A stretch of DNA of 30,486 nt, from positions 1 to 30,486 of the forward strand of contig CAZZXB010000017.1 in the NCBI GenBank assembly GCA_964658025.1, given 5' to 3'. The notes under the pieces were generated by a model, which saw only the letters and a program-made list of their open reading frames with translations, did no database searches and was not told where the DNA came from. This DNA is from an uncultured Janthinobacterium sp. GTDB taxonomy: Bacteria > Vulcanimicrobiota > Vulcanimicrobiia > Vulcanimicrobiales > Vulcanimicrobiaceae. The position numbers were made by a program, and so were the translations under genes. Position 1 is the stretch's first letter, and each line of letters begins with the position of its first letter. Positions 1 through 8,776 of the stretch are shown here, piece after piece.

Positions 1-98
1 ATTGCGCGGGCCTGCACCCGTCGCTGGAATCGCTCTGGCCCGACATACGCTTCGTGATATGAGGTATGCGACGGTCGCTACGCGCTGGCGTCCGGGCG

Positions 99-311
99 TT
101 ACCGGCCCGTATGAAACGTCTCGGTGACGCCTCCGAAGATCGCCCCCATCGCCGCGAGGACGAACGCGAAAAGGATCAACGCGGGAATGGCGGCGATCGC
201 CAACTTTATGAGAAAAAATACGAGCGGCACGAACGCGATGTCGACGCCGGCGAGAACCACGAGTTGCGGAGTCGGTCGATCCAGAATCGAAGATTCGTCT
301 GCGGTAATCAA
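99..311 (-). CDS. Small hypothetical membrane protein
   Basis: 70-aa ORF with TTG start after AAGGGA; long hydrophobic stretch VVLAGVDIAFVPLVFFLIKLAIAAIPALILFAFVLAAMGAIFGG; downstream of and co-oriented with the SpoIIM-like gene. Confidence 0.5.
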   Translation of the reverse strand: MITADESSILDRPTPQLVVLAGVDIAFVPLVFFLIKLAIAAIPALILFAFVLAAMGAIFGGVTETFHTGR

Positions 312-377
312 TATGCGCCTATCCCTTTCCGAAATCGATATTCTTGTTTACGTCATCGTGTAAGCGATCCGTCGGCG

Positions 378-1385
378 TCAATCGATAAGACGTGTCTCGT
401 CTTGACTCGCAATGTGTTGCCGACCCGCGAGCCCGAAATATCCCAAGAGGCACGCCGCGGTCAGGAGTCCGATGCCGAAGCGAAAATCCTCGCTCGTGCG
501 TTGCGGCGTGACGAAGCCCTCGATCGTCCCCGCCACGCAGAGGAGCGCCGCGACGCCGATCATGAGCGTCCCGGCGCGGCGGGCGTTGGCTTTGAGCGCG
601 TCGATGCGTCGCAGGCGGCCGGGCGCGACGATCGCCCGTGCGAGCAACAATCCCGCGGCGCCGGAGATGAAGATCGAGGTCAACTCGATCACGCCGTGCG
701 GCGCGATCGTCGCCCAAAAATCGCGGCCGAAACCGTGCGAGGCGAAGAGGGCGCCCGTGCTCCCCATCATCACGCCGTTGTCGACGATCTCGAACATCGT
801 GAGCGTTCCGAGCGTCATCCCGCCCGCGAACGCGATCATCGCGACCTTCACGTTGTTCGTGATGATCTCGCTCGAGACGAGCGGCGAGAACGACCGATCG
901 AATCCGAAGTTCGAGTCGTGCAGGCTCTTCGAGATCGCCGGAATCTGGCTCCCCGGTAAGAACGCGTAGGCGTCGTTCGGATGCGCGGCGACGACGGCGT
1001 ACGAGACGATCGCGCCGATCGCGAACGCGAACGTCGTGCACGCGATCGTCTTCCACGACCGCCGGACCTCGCGCGGAAACGTCGTCGTGAAGAAGGCCGC
1101 GACGCGCGCCCAACCGCTCTCGGATGCGCTCGCGTTCACCGCGGCGTACGCGCGCGCGGTCAGGCGGTTGAGGTACGCGCGCAGCTCGTTCGAGTACGCG
1201 CGGCTCTGCGCCGCGGCGAGATCGGCCGTCGTCGCGCGATAGAGCAGCGCGAGCGTCCGCAAACGTTCGGCGCCGTCACCTCCGGCCCCGAGCCGCGCGA
1301 CGCCGACGCGTTCCACCTCGGCGAGAACGGCTTCGAGACGATCCCATCCGGCGCTACGCCGTTCGACGAAAACCCGTTCGCGCAC
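378..1385 (-). CDS. Stage II sporulation protein M (SpoIIM/DUF95) family membrane protein
   Basis: Family-typical motifs LYRATTADLA..., IITNNVKVAMIAFAGG, IAPHGVIELTSIFISGAAG, AGTIEGFVTP; several TM segments; divergent RDD gene, a usual neighbour. Confidence 0.85.
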   Translation of the reverse strand: MRERVFVERRSAGWDRLEAVLAEVERVGVARLGAGGDGAERLRTLALLYRATTADLAAAQSRAYSNELRAYLNRLTARAYAAVNASASESGWARVAAFFTTTFPREVRRSWKTIACTTFAFAIGAIVSYAVVAAHPNDAYAFLPGSQIPAISKSLHDSNFGFDRSFSPLVSSEIITNNVKVAMIAFAGGMTLGTLTMFEIVDNGVMMGSTGALFASHGFGRDFWATIAPHGVIELTSIFISGAAGLLLARAIVAPGRLRRIDALKANARRAGTLMIGVAALLCVAGTIEGFVTPQRTSEDFRFGIGLLTAACLLGYFGLAGRQHIASQDETRLID

Positions 1386-1438
1386 GCGTCTTGAATTTCG
1401 CAGGATGGCCGGGCCGCCTTCCCGCAGGTCCCCAGCCG

Positions 1439-2227
1439 ATGGAACGTTCGGTCGAGGTCCTCACGGGCGAGAGCGTCGCGTTTTCGTACGAGCTCGCGGG
1501 TCTGGGCAGCCGATTCTTCGCCGTCGCGATCGATCTCTCGATCCAGGTCGGCGTCGTGATCCTCGCGCTCGTTCTGCTCGCGCTCCTGTCCCTGACGTCG
1601 ATCGGTAGCGGGATCAGGACGCCCGACTTTCTCGGAAAAACCGAACTCGCGGTCTTGGGCGGCATCTACGTCTTCTTGGGTTTCCTCATCTTCTTCGGAT
1701 ACTTCATCGCGTTCGAATGGCGGTGGAACGGGCGGACGCCCGGCAAGCGGATCGTCGGCATCCGCGTCGTGCGCGACGGCGGCTTCCCGCTCGACTTCAC
1801 GGGCTCGGTCGTGCGCAACACCGTCCGCGTCGTCGAATTCCTCTTCGGCTTCTACCTGCTCTCCGCGATCTCGACGCTCGTCTCCGCGCGCAACCGCCGG
1901 ATCGGAGATTTCGCGGCGGGCACGATCGTCGTGCGCGACAACCGATTCGAGCGCGTCGAGGCGCCGCGCTACGCGACGGATGCGGCGCCGAGCGACGCGC
2001 ACGCGTTACCGGGCGACGTTCGCGCGCTCGTGGCGGGCTACGCGGCCCGGCGCACGTCGCTCGCGGCGCGCGCGCGCATCGCCGTTGCGGCCGACGTCGC
2101 ACGCGTCGTCCGACCGCTTCTCGCCGCCGACTTCTCCTATCTCGACGACGACGACTTACTCGTCCATCTCGCGAAAACCGAACTCGGCCTCGTCACGGGC
2201 ACCGACACGAGTTCGCTAAGTCGGTAA
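1439..2227 (+). CDS. RDD family membrane protein
   Basis: ELAGLGSRFFAVAID, GRTPGKRIVGIRVV and RRIGDFAAGTIVV motifs. ATG at 1439 preferred over TTG at 1391. Confidence 0.85.
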   Translation: MERSVEVLTGESVAFSYELAGLGSRFFAVAIDLSIQVGVVILALVLLALLSLTSIGSGIRTPDFLGKTELAVLGGIYVFLGFLIFFGYFIAFEWRWNGRTPGKRIVGIRVVRDGGFPLDFTGSVVRNTVRVVEFLFGFYLLSAISTLVSARNRRIGDFAAGTIVVRDNRFERVEAPRYATDAAPSDAHALPGDVRALVAGYAARRTSLAARARIAVAADVARVVRPLLAADFSYLDDDDLLVHLAKTELGLVTGTDTSSLSR

Positions 2228-2241
2228 ATCCGCGCTTCGAC

Positions 2242-3171
2242 TTACTTTTTGCGGCGGATCTTATCGACGACCGTTCGCGCGAAGGTCATCGCGGCGCGGC
2301 GCTTTTCTTCGTAGAGCGCGCCCGCATCCGCGGGCGCCATGTGGCGACCGTATTCGTAGAAGAAACCGGCGCTCTCGCCGACGACGATCGTGCCCGCGTA
2401 CGCGATCGCACCCTTGACCGCGACGCCCGCGACCGGAATGAAGCCGGAGAGTTGACGCGAGAGCGCGCGCCAGCCGAGGCCGCCGCCGACGACCGGAAGC
2501 AGTTCCCACACCCGGCCGAGATCGGGATCCTTGCCGTAGATCGCGCCGATCTGCATGAGCAGCACGACCTGGATCCCGGTGATCGCGACGACGTCGCCCG
2601 CGGAGGCGACCGCGCCGAGGACGATGCCGAGTAACGGCACGTTGTCGACGAGCGCGCTCGCGGCCGAGACTTTCAGCGCGGAGGACGCCGCATCGCGCGC
2701 GAGCTTCGTCGTGGCGCTCTCGCGGAGCGCCGGTAAACGCCGCCCGACGGCGATCTCCACGCCCTTGCACCGGTCGAGGAGATGCGGGAAGAACCGATTG
2801 CGGAGCACGTCGCGGTCGAGGCGCGAGACGACGTACTCGCCGATCTGACCCGGGAGCGGCGCGGTCGTCGGTCCCGCCGTGGCGGTCGCGGCGGGCGAGA
2901 GCGTGAGCGCGAAGACGGGGAGTTTCGTCTGCGCGAGCAACGTCGCGCGCGCGCCTTCGAGATCGGATCCGCGTCCGAGAAAGACGATCGCACGCGTGTC
3001 GTCGTCGACGGTCACGCCGCGCGCGGGATCGATGGTTTCGAGCGTCGCGGCCGCGTCGTCCGGCACGTTCGCACCGGGCGCCGCGCGCAGGAGCAGACCG
3101 CGCAATTCGGAGACGAGCGCGGGATCGCCGCAGAGCAGGAAGCGGAACGGGCGGCGCGCCTCGGTGCGCAC
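2242..3171 (-). CDS. DUF697-like hypothetical membrane-associated protein (may start at ACG 3261)
   Basis: 309-aa ORF with genome-typical codons; C-terminal DVVAITGIQVVLLMQIGAIYG...FIPVAGVAVKGAIAYAGT pattern resembles DUF697 proteins. The frame stays open upstream to 3261. Confidence 0.6.
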   Translation of the reverse strand: MRTEARRPFRFLLCGDPALVSELRGLLLRAAPGANVPDDAAATLETIDPARGVTVDDDTRAIVFLGRGSDLEGARATLLAQTKLPVFALTLSPAATATAGPTTAPLPGQIGEYVVSRLDRDVLRNRFFPHLLDRCKGVEIAVGRRLPALRESATTKLARDAASSALKVSAASALVDNVPLLGIVLGAVASAGDVVAITGIQVVLLMQIGAIYGKDPDLGRVWELLPVVGGGLGWRALSRQLSGFIPVAGVAVKGAIAYAGTIVVGESAGFFYEYGRHMAPADAGALYEEKRRAAMTFARTVVDKIRRKK

Positions 3172-3250
3172 CGCGTTGACGTTCGAGGTCTTGCGGACCG
3201 CGGTGAAGAGATCGGCCGCGCCGAAGGTCGCGGCCTTGATCGATCCGGTG

Positions 3251-5266
3251 TTAATGGCCGTGTGCTTCCTTTTCCGGGTCGTCGGTGTAATCGAGATACA
3301 CGAGACCGAGGAAGATCTCGAGCGCCTGCGCGCTCATGCCGCGCGCGTTCGCGACGTCGACGATCTGGCGGTGCGTCGTCTTCGCTTCGTCGATCACGGC
3401 TTCGGGCGTCGTTTTCGTGTCCGCGGCGACGATCGAGGCCGTGGCGACTTCGCCCGCGCTGAGGTCGTCGCGGTTGAGCGTCTCGTAGTCGACGCCGGTG
3501 TTCTTGACGCGCCGATCGAGCGCGTAGCGCAGCGTCGCGTAGCGATTCTGCGGGAATCCGATGCCGAGTAGCGTGATGCTGCTCTGGAGTTGGCGCGAAC
3601 GCGCGAGGTTGTAGAGTTGTTGCGCCTGCGACGCCGCGATCGCCGCGCGATTGAGCCCGTCGGTCGCCTTCTGCTCGTAGGGAAGGATGTCGCGGTAATC
3701 GCTCTCGGAGAGATCGCCGCGGTAATCGAACTGCGAGTGATTGAGGCGTTGCGCGAAATCGTTGAGATCGCCGAGCGAGACGTCGAGGATCGCGAGCGAG
3801 GAACGCGCGGCGTCGAGCGCGCGGACGAGGTCGCCGTCGGTGAGCGCCATGTCGTCGAGGATGCGCGGATACTGCGGCAAGAGCGCGAGCGACTGCGTCG
3901 GGATCACGTCGAGCGCGAGCGGCGCGTTCATGTCGTGCAGGATGCTCGCGTTCTCTTTGATGACGCCGCTCTCTTTATTGACTTCGAGACTGCCGACGCC
4001 GTTCGTCACGGTCGACGACTTGGAGAACGCGGCGTCGATCGAGCGCGCCATCGCCGCGAAATTCTTGAGCACGGCATCGAGACGACTCCCCGAACGCACC
4101 GGGATATTGCCGAAGTTCGGGATACCGTACGAGATGTTCTGCACGCGATTGTCGACCGACTTGAGTTGATCTTTCGCGGCGTCGCGTCGCACCTGGATCG
4201 TCGCGTCGGCGGCGGTCTCGCGCGTCTGCGCGTCGGCGAGTTGTTGACGCAGCGGCGCGAGATTCGGTTTGCCGAGGCGGAAGCTCGTCGAGTCGCTCTG
4301 ACGGAGCGAGGCGATGTTGTAGAGCGCGGTCGAGCGCGTCTCGGCCGTACCGCGTTCCGCCGCTTGCGCGAGCGTCTGGCGGCTCTTCTCCGGCTCGCCG
4401 AGCGCGATCTGCGCTTCGCCGAGGTGGAGCAACGCCGTCGCGTTGGTCGGATCTTTCAGGAGGACGCGCTGAAATTTTTGCGCGGCGAAGCTGTAGCGCG
4501 CGTCTTCTTGATCGCGTAGCGCCTGGACGAGTAATTGATCGTTCGTGCGCTTCGTCGGATCGAGCTCTTCGTAGCCGAGCAGATGTTTCACGCGATCGGG
4601 GAAGCCCGGATGGTCTTGGAGATACTTGTCGACGAGGCTCGAGTGATCGGCTTCCGCCGCGCCGAGGTGCTGCATGAACGTCAACATCGATTCGGGGTCG
4701 TACCCCGCGCGCGACATGAGCTGCAAGCCGTATTGATCCGCTTGCAACTCGTCGGCGCGAGACTGCTTGGCGATGATGCCGGCCTCCGCGAGTTGACCGA
4801 AACGGTAGACGATCGGCGAGAAGATCGCCGCGATGCCGAAGAGCAGGTTGAGCGCCTGCTCTTTCGCCGGAAGCGTGACGGTGTGACGCCGCTCGTCGTG
4901 ACCCGTCTCGTGGCCGATGACGCCCGCGAGCTCGTCGTCGGATTGCACGAAGTCGAGCAGACCTTCGTTGACGTAGATGTACCCGCCGCCGATCGTGAAC
5001 GAGTTGATGTCGGCCGCGTCGATGATCTTCGCGTTGTACGGGAGATCGCGTCGCGCGACCTGACCCCACAGCCGATTCCCGATGTCGTTCACCCAGCCGT
5101 TGAGCAGGGGATCGGCGAGGATGTTGTATTGCGAGATGATCTGCTTTTCTTGCTCTTTCGCTTGTTCGATTTCGGCCGCGGTGGACATCGCGCGTGCGGG
5201 CGCGGGGACGGCGGCGAAGAGGAGCGCGAGGGCGAGCGAAGCGTTGACGAAACGGCGGAACGACAT
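3251..5266 (-). CDS. Secreted M48 family zinc metallopeptidase with TPR repeat and long helical C-terminus
   Basis: Signal peptide (…AAVPAPARA); ELAGVIGHETGH (HExxH), SRADELQAD, GYDP and DHPGFPDR M48 motifs; TPR-like DPTNATALLHLGEAQIALG. ATG 5266 follows GAGG. Confidence 0.85.
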   Translation of the reverse strand: MSFRRFVNASLALALLFAAVPAPARAMSTAAEIEQAKEQEKQIISQYNILADPLLNGWVNDIGNRLWGQVARRDLPYNAKIIDAADINSFTIGGGYIYVNEGLLDFVQSDDELAGVIGHETGHDERRHTVTLPAKEQALNLLFGIAAIFSPIVYRFGQLAEAGIIAKQSRADELQADQYGLQLMSRAGYDPESMLTFMQHLGAAEADHSSLVDKYLQDHPGFPDRVKHLLGYEELDPTKRTNDQLLVQALRDQEDARYSFAAQKFQRVLLKDPTNATALLHLGEAQIALGEPEKSRQTLAQAAERGTAETRSTALYNIASLRQSDSTSFRLGKPNLAPLRQQLADAQTRETAADATIQVRRDAAKDQLKSVDNRVQNISYGIPNFGNIPVRSGSRLDAVLKNFAAMARSIDAAFSKSSTVTNGVGSLEVNKESGVIKENASILHDMNAPLALDVIPTQSLALLPQYPRILDDMALTDGDLVRALDAARSSLAILDVSLGDLNDFAQRLNHSQFDYRGDLSESDYRDILPYEQKATDGLNRAAIAASQAQQLYNLARSRQLQSSITLLGIGFPQNRYATLRYALDRRVKNTGVDYETLNRDDLSAGEVATASIVAADTKTTPEAVIDEAKTTHRQIVDVANARGMSAQALEIFLGLVYLDYTDDPEKEAHGH

Positions 5267-5437
5267 AGCGGACCTCGGAGGGATCGGCGGGCGTGGGATG
5301 CTTCGTGTGGACATGGGGTGAGTCCCATGTGAGTAAGCGCGACTTTGTGCGAATGGGCGGTGGACGGCGAGAGGGCCGCAACGCCCGTGCGTGGCAATCG
5401 ACGCCGCTCATGATTCTCATCGCTCGGGCACGCTGAC

Positions 5438-6289
5438 GTGCTTCGCGGAACCTCGGCCGGTCTCGAGTTCGTTTTCGCGGACCGCGCGTTCGATGCGGCG
5501 TGGGCCGAGATCGTCGAAAAACTCTCCGAGCGCCCGACGTTCTATCGCGGCAGCCGCGCCGCCGCGATCTTCGAAGGCGACCCGCCGGGCGACGAGACGG
5601 TCGCGAGCTTTCTCACCTCGATGGCGACGCACGGGATCGACATGCGCGGGTTCTACGGCTCGACGGCCGTCGCCGATCTCGCGTCGCGCGTCGCGCAGCC
5701 GTATCTCGGCGAGGCGCCGCGGCCGAGCGTGACGAGCTTCGAGCGCAAGCGCGCGGCGCGTGCCGTTCGGGCGGTCGATCTCACCGAGAAGGCGCGCTCG
5801 CTCGACGCCGATTTCGCGGGCGCCCGCGCCGACATCGCGGCGCGGCGCGCGCGCGGCGAGGCCTCGGTACCGAAACCCGTGTTCGCGCCGCCGACGGTCG
5901 TGCCGTCGCGAGCCGTCGAGACCGTCACCCGCGTGCCCGCGGAGCCGGGGACGCTCTACCACCGCGGCACGGTCCGCGGCGGCCGTCTGCTCCAGCAGGT
6001 CGGCACGATCGTCGTCGTCGGCGACGTCAATCCCGGCGCGGAACTCGTCGCGAGCGGCGACATCCTCGTCTTCGGCGCGCTCCGCGGCACGGCGCATGCG
6101 GGCGCGCGGGGCGACCGCAACGCGCGCGTCGTCGCGCTCGAGATCGCGGCGACGCAACTACGCATCGCCGAATTCATCGCGACGGGCGAACTTCCGCCGC
6201 ACGCATCGAAGGAACCGGAAGTGGCGTTCGTCGAGGACGGCCGTATTCGGGTCGCCCCCCTCGCCACTCTCGAAGGAGCCGGTTCATGA
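5438..6289 (+). CDS. minC: Septum site-determining protein MinC
   Basis: N-terminal LRGTSAGL and C-terminal beta-helix RGTVRGG…IVVVGDVNPGAELVASGDILVFGALRGTAHAGARGD; ATGA overlap with minD. Confidence 0.9.
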   Translation: MLRGTSAGLEFVFADRAFDAAWAEIVEKLSERPTFYRGSRAAAIFEGDPPGDETVASFLTSMATHGIDMRGFYGSTAVADLASRVAQPYLGEAPRPSVTSFERKRAARAVRAVDLTEKARSLDADFAGARADIAARRARGEASVPKPVFAPPTVVPSRAVETVTRVPAEPGTLYHRGTVRGGRLLQQVGTIVVVGDVNPGAELVASGDILVFGALRGTAHAGARGDRNARVVALEIAATQLRIAEFIATGELPPHASKEPEVAFVEDGRIRVAPLATLEGAGS

Positions 6290-7077
6290 GCGGTCGTCGC
6301 ATCGTCGTCACGTCGGGGAAAGGGGGCGTCGGAAAGACGACCACGACCGCCAACGTCGGAGCGGCGCTCGCGAAACGCGGGCACACGGTCGCGCTCGTCG
6401 ATACGGATATCGGCCTGCGCAATCTCGATCTCGTGCTCGGCGTCGAGAAGCGGATCGTCTTCGATCTCGTCGAGGTCGTGGAAGGTCGCTGTCAGGTGCG
6501 GCAGGCGCTCATCCGCGACAAGCGGCTCCCGACGCTCTCGATGCTTCCGGCCGCGCAGACGCGCGAGAAGGAAGCCGTGACGGGCGAGCAGATGGACCGC
6601 GTCACGCGCGAACTCGCGGAGACGAACGATTACGTGATCGTCGATTGCCCCGCGGGCATCGAGCACGGTTTCCGCACGGCACTCGCCGGAGCCGACGAGG
6701 CGATCGTCGTGACGACGCCCGAGGTGAGCGCCATCCGCGACGCCGACCGCGTCGTCGGCAAACTCCAAGAGGCGAAGATGCCGCTGCGGCTCATCGTCAA
6801 CCGCGTGCGTCCCGAGATGGTTCGCGCCGGCGACATGCTCTCGGTCGACGACGTCTGCGAGGTGCTTTCGGCCGAACTCCTGGGCGTCGTCCCCGACGAC
6901 GAGGAAGTCATCGACACGACCAATCGCGGGGAACCGATCGTCCTCGACGAAACCAAAAAACTCGCGTCGATCTACGACAAGATCGCGCGTCGTCTCGAAG
7001 GCGAACTCGTTCCGTTCACGGTTCTCGACGCGCCGAATCTGTTCGGGAAGTTGATGACGATGTGGAAAGCGGGCTAG
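6286..7077 (+). CDS. minD: Septum site-determining ATPase MinD (copy 1)
   Basis: SD AAGGAG then ATG 6286; SGKGGVGKTT deviant Walker A, DTDIGLRNLD, DCPAGIE, TPEVSAIRDADR; amphipathic C-terminus NLFGKLMTMWKAG. Confidence 0.95.
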   Translation: MSGRRIVVTSGKGGVGKTTTTANVGAALAKRGHTVALVDTDIGLRNLDLVLGVEKRIVFDLVEVVEGRCQVRQALIRDKRLPTLSMLPAAQTREKEAVTGEQMDRVTRELAETNDYVIVDCPAGIEHGFRTALAGADEAIVVTTPEVSAIRDADRVVGKLQEAKMPLRLIVNRVRPEMVRAGDMLSVDDVCEVLSAELLGVVPDDEEVIDTTNRGEPIVLDETKKLASIYDKIARRLEGELVPFTVLDAPNLFGKLMTMWKAG

Positions 7078-7079
7078 TG

Positions 7080-7934
7080 ATGATCGATCCGATCGCGGAA
7101 TCCGCGAGCGCCCCGGCCGCGGCCGGCGTGCCGTCGAAACGCGGTCGCGCGATCGTCGTCACGAGCGGCAAGGGCGGCGTCGGGAAGACGACGACGACGG
7201 CGAACGTCGGCGCGGCGCTCGCGGCGCGCGGCTTGCGCGTCGCGCTCGTCGACGCCGACGTCGGCCTGCGCAATCTCGACATCGTGCTCGGCCTCGAGAG
7301 TCGCGTGAAATTCCATCTGCTCGACGTCATCGAGGAGAAGGCGACGCTCGAGGAAGCGCTCGTCCGCGACAAACGCACCGAGACGCTGTACCTCCTCGCC
7401 GCCGCGCAGACGCGCGAGAAAGAGGACGTCGCGACCGAGAAGATGCGCGCGATCGTCGAGCGCCTGCGCGATACGTTCGATTACGTGCTGATCGATTGTC
7501 CCGCGGGCATCGAGATGGGCTTCAAGAACGCGGTCGCCGCGGCCGAACACGCGATCGTCGTCTGCACGCCGGAAGTCTCCGCGGTTCGCGACGCCGACCG
7601 CGTCGTCGGTCTCCTGCCCAACGACTGGCGCCCGCAACTCATCGTCAATCGCTTGCGGCCGCATCTCGTGAAGCGCGGGAAGATGCTCTCCGTCGACGAC
7701 GTGAACGCGATCCTGCGTCTGCCGCTCCTCGGCGTGATCGTCGACGAACCGGGCGTGATCGTCGCGACGAATAAGGGACAGCCGGTCGCGCTCGACGAGA
7801 GTTCCGTGGTCGGCATCGCGTATCGCGCGATCGCCGCCCGACTCGCGGGCGACGACGTGCCGATCCCCATGCCGCCCAAACCGGCCGGCTTCTTCGCGCG
7901 CCTCGGCGCGTTCTTCGGAGGCGCTTCGCGATGA
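7080..7934 (+). CDS. minD: Septum site-determining ATPase MinD (copy 2)
   Basis: C-terminal part of ORF 5760..7934 from ATG 7080; SGKGGVGKTT, DADVGLRNLD, DCPAGIE, TPEVSAVRDADR; amphipathic C-terminus GFFARLGAFFGG. Confidence 0.92.
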   Translation: MIDPIAESASAPAAAGVPSKRGRAIVVTSGKGGVGKTTTTANVGAALAARGLRVALVDADVGLRNLDIVLGLESRVKFHLLDVIEEKATLEEALVRDKRTETLYLLAAAQTREKEDVATEKMRAIVERLRDTFDYVLIDCPAGIEMGFKNAVAAAEHAIVVCTPEVSAVRDADRVVGLLPNDWRPQLIVNRLRPHLVKRGKMLSVDDVNAILRLPLLGVIVDEPGVIVATNKGQPVALDESSVVGIAYRAIAARLAGDDVPIPMPPKPAGFFARLGAFFGGASR

Positions 7935-8764
7935 TGGATTTTCTCAAGCGCATGTTCGCGCCCGAGCGCTCGAGCGAGACGGCGAAGGAGCGGCTCCGGC
8001 TCGTCCTGCTCTCGGATCATCTCTCGCTCGCGCCCGACGTCGTCGAAGCGCTCAAACGCGATCTGCTCGAGGTGATCTCGCGCTACGTCGAGATCGATCC
8101 CGCGACCGCCGACGTGAGCTTCGAACATCGCGATACGGAAGTCGCGATGCTCGCGAACATCCCGATCACGGGCGTCCGCGAACGCACGGGACGCGCGGCG
8201 ACGAGTCCGGATCCGCTCCCGCCGCGTGCGGGCACGGCGACGCTCGCCGCGTCCGCGGCGCCGGGCTCGACTGCGGTCGCGCCTCCCGCCCCCGCGGAAA
8301 CGTCCGGTTCCTCGGTGCCTCCGCCCCCGTCGCCCGCGCTCGCGGAAACGTCCGCGCCCACGTCCGTGCCTCCCCTCTCGGCGGGAGTGCCCGCGTCGGC
8401 GTCCGCTCCGACTCCGGCGGTACCGTCCAACGTCGCCGTCGTGGAAGTCGCGGATCCGCCGCGGCTGCCGCTCGAACCGGGAGCCGCCGCGCTCGAGGTG
8501 CGCAGACGTGCGAGCGCGCCGTCGGCGCGCTCCGAGCCCGGCGATGCGATCCCAGGCGACACGACCGAGACGGAGTTCCCGGACGACGTCGAGACGCGCG
8601 ACGGAGATCTCGCCGACGGCGCGACCGAACCCGCGACGCCGCCCGAAACGGAATCCGAAACCTCGTCGATGCTCGCGAGCGAAGGCGTCGCCACGAGTAC
8701 GGCCGCCGCGCGGCGGCGTCGACGCAAACGTCGCGCCGCGCAGGCGAAACTCGCGCCGCAGTAA
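7931..8764 (+). CDS. minE: Topological specificity factor MinE with long low-complexity C-terminal extension
   Basis: MDFLKRMF…SSETAKERLRLVLLSDH…LKRDLLEVISRYVEID…LANIPI is a canonical MinE core of ~85 aa, followed by ~190 aa rich in Pro/Ala/Ser/Thr/Glu ending in RRRRRKRR. Confidence 0.9.
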   Translation: MMDFLKRMFAPERSSETAKERLRLVLLSDHLSLAPDVVEALKRDLLEVISRYVEIDPATADVSFEHRDTEVAMLANIPITGVRERTGRAATSPDPLPPRAGTATLAASAAPGSTAVAPPAPAETSGSSVPPPPSPALAETSAPTSVPPLSAGVPASASAPTPAVPSNVAVVEVADPPRLPLEPGAAALEVRRRASAPSARSEPGDAIPGDTTETEFPDDVETRDGDLADGATEPATPPETESETSSMLASEGVATSTAAARRRRRKRRAAQAKLAPQ

Positions 8765-8776
8765 CTCCGGCGCCGC

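Noticed and set aside
1..98. Possible gene end at the left edge
   Set aside because: Too short to choose a frame or assign a product.
66..959. Many long antisense or overlapping ORFs (e.g. 66..959, 17854..19359, 27260..28780, 29192..30394)
   Set aside because: Shadow frames of well-supported genes caused by stop-codon scarcity at high GC; no motifs.
378..1385. Sporulation inferred from the SpoIIM-family gene
   Set aside because: SpoIIM/DUF95 plus RDD pairs are common in non-sporulating bacteria; no other spo genes in the window.
5500..7079. Apparent long N-terminal extensions of MinD (ORFs 5500..7077 and 5760..7934)
   Set aside because: Arg-rich off-frame readings of minC/minD1 typical of high-GC DNA; the real starts have an SD or coupled position at 6286 and 7080.
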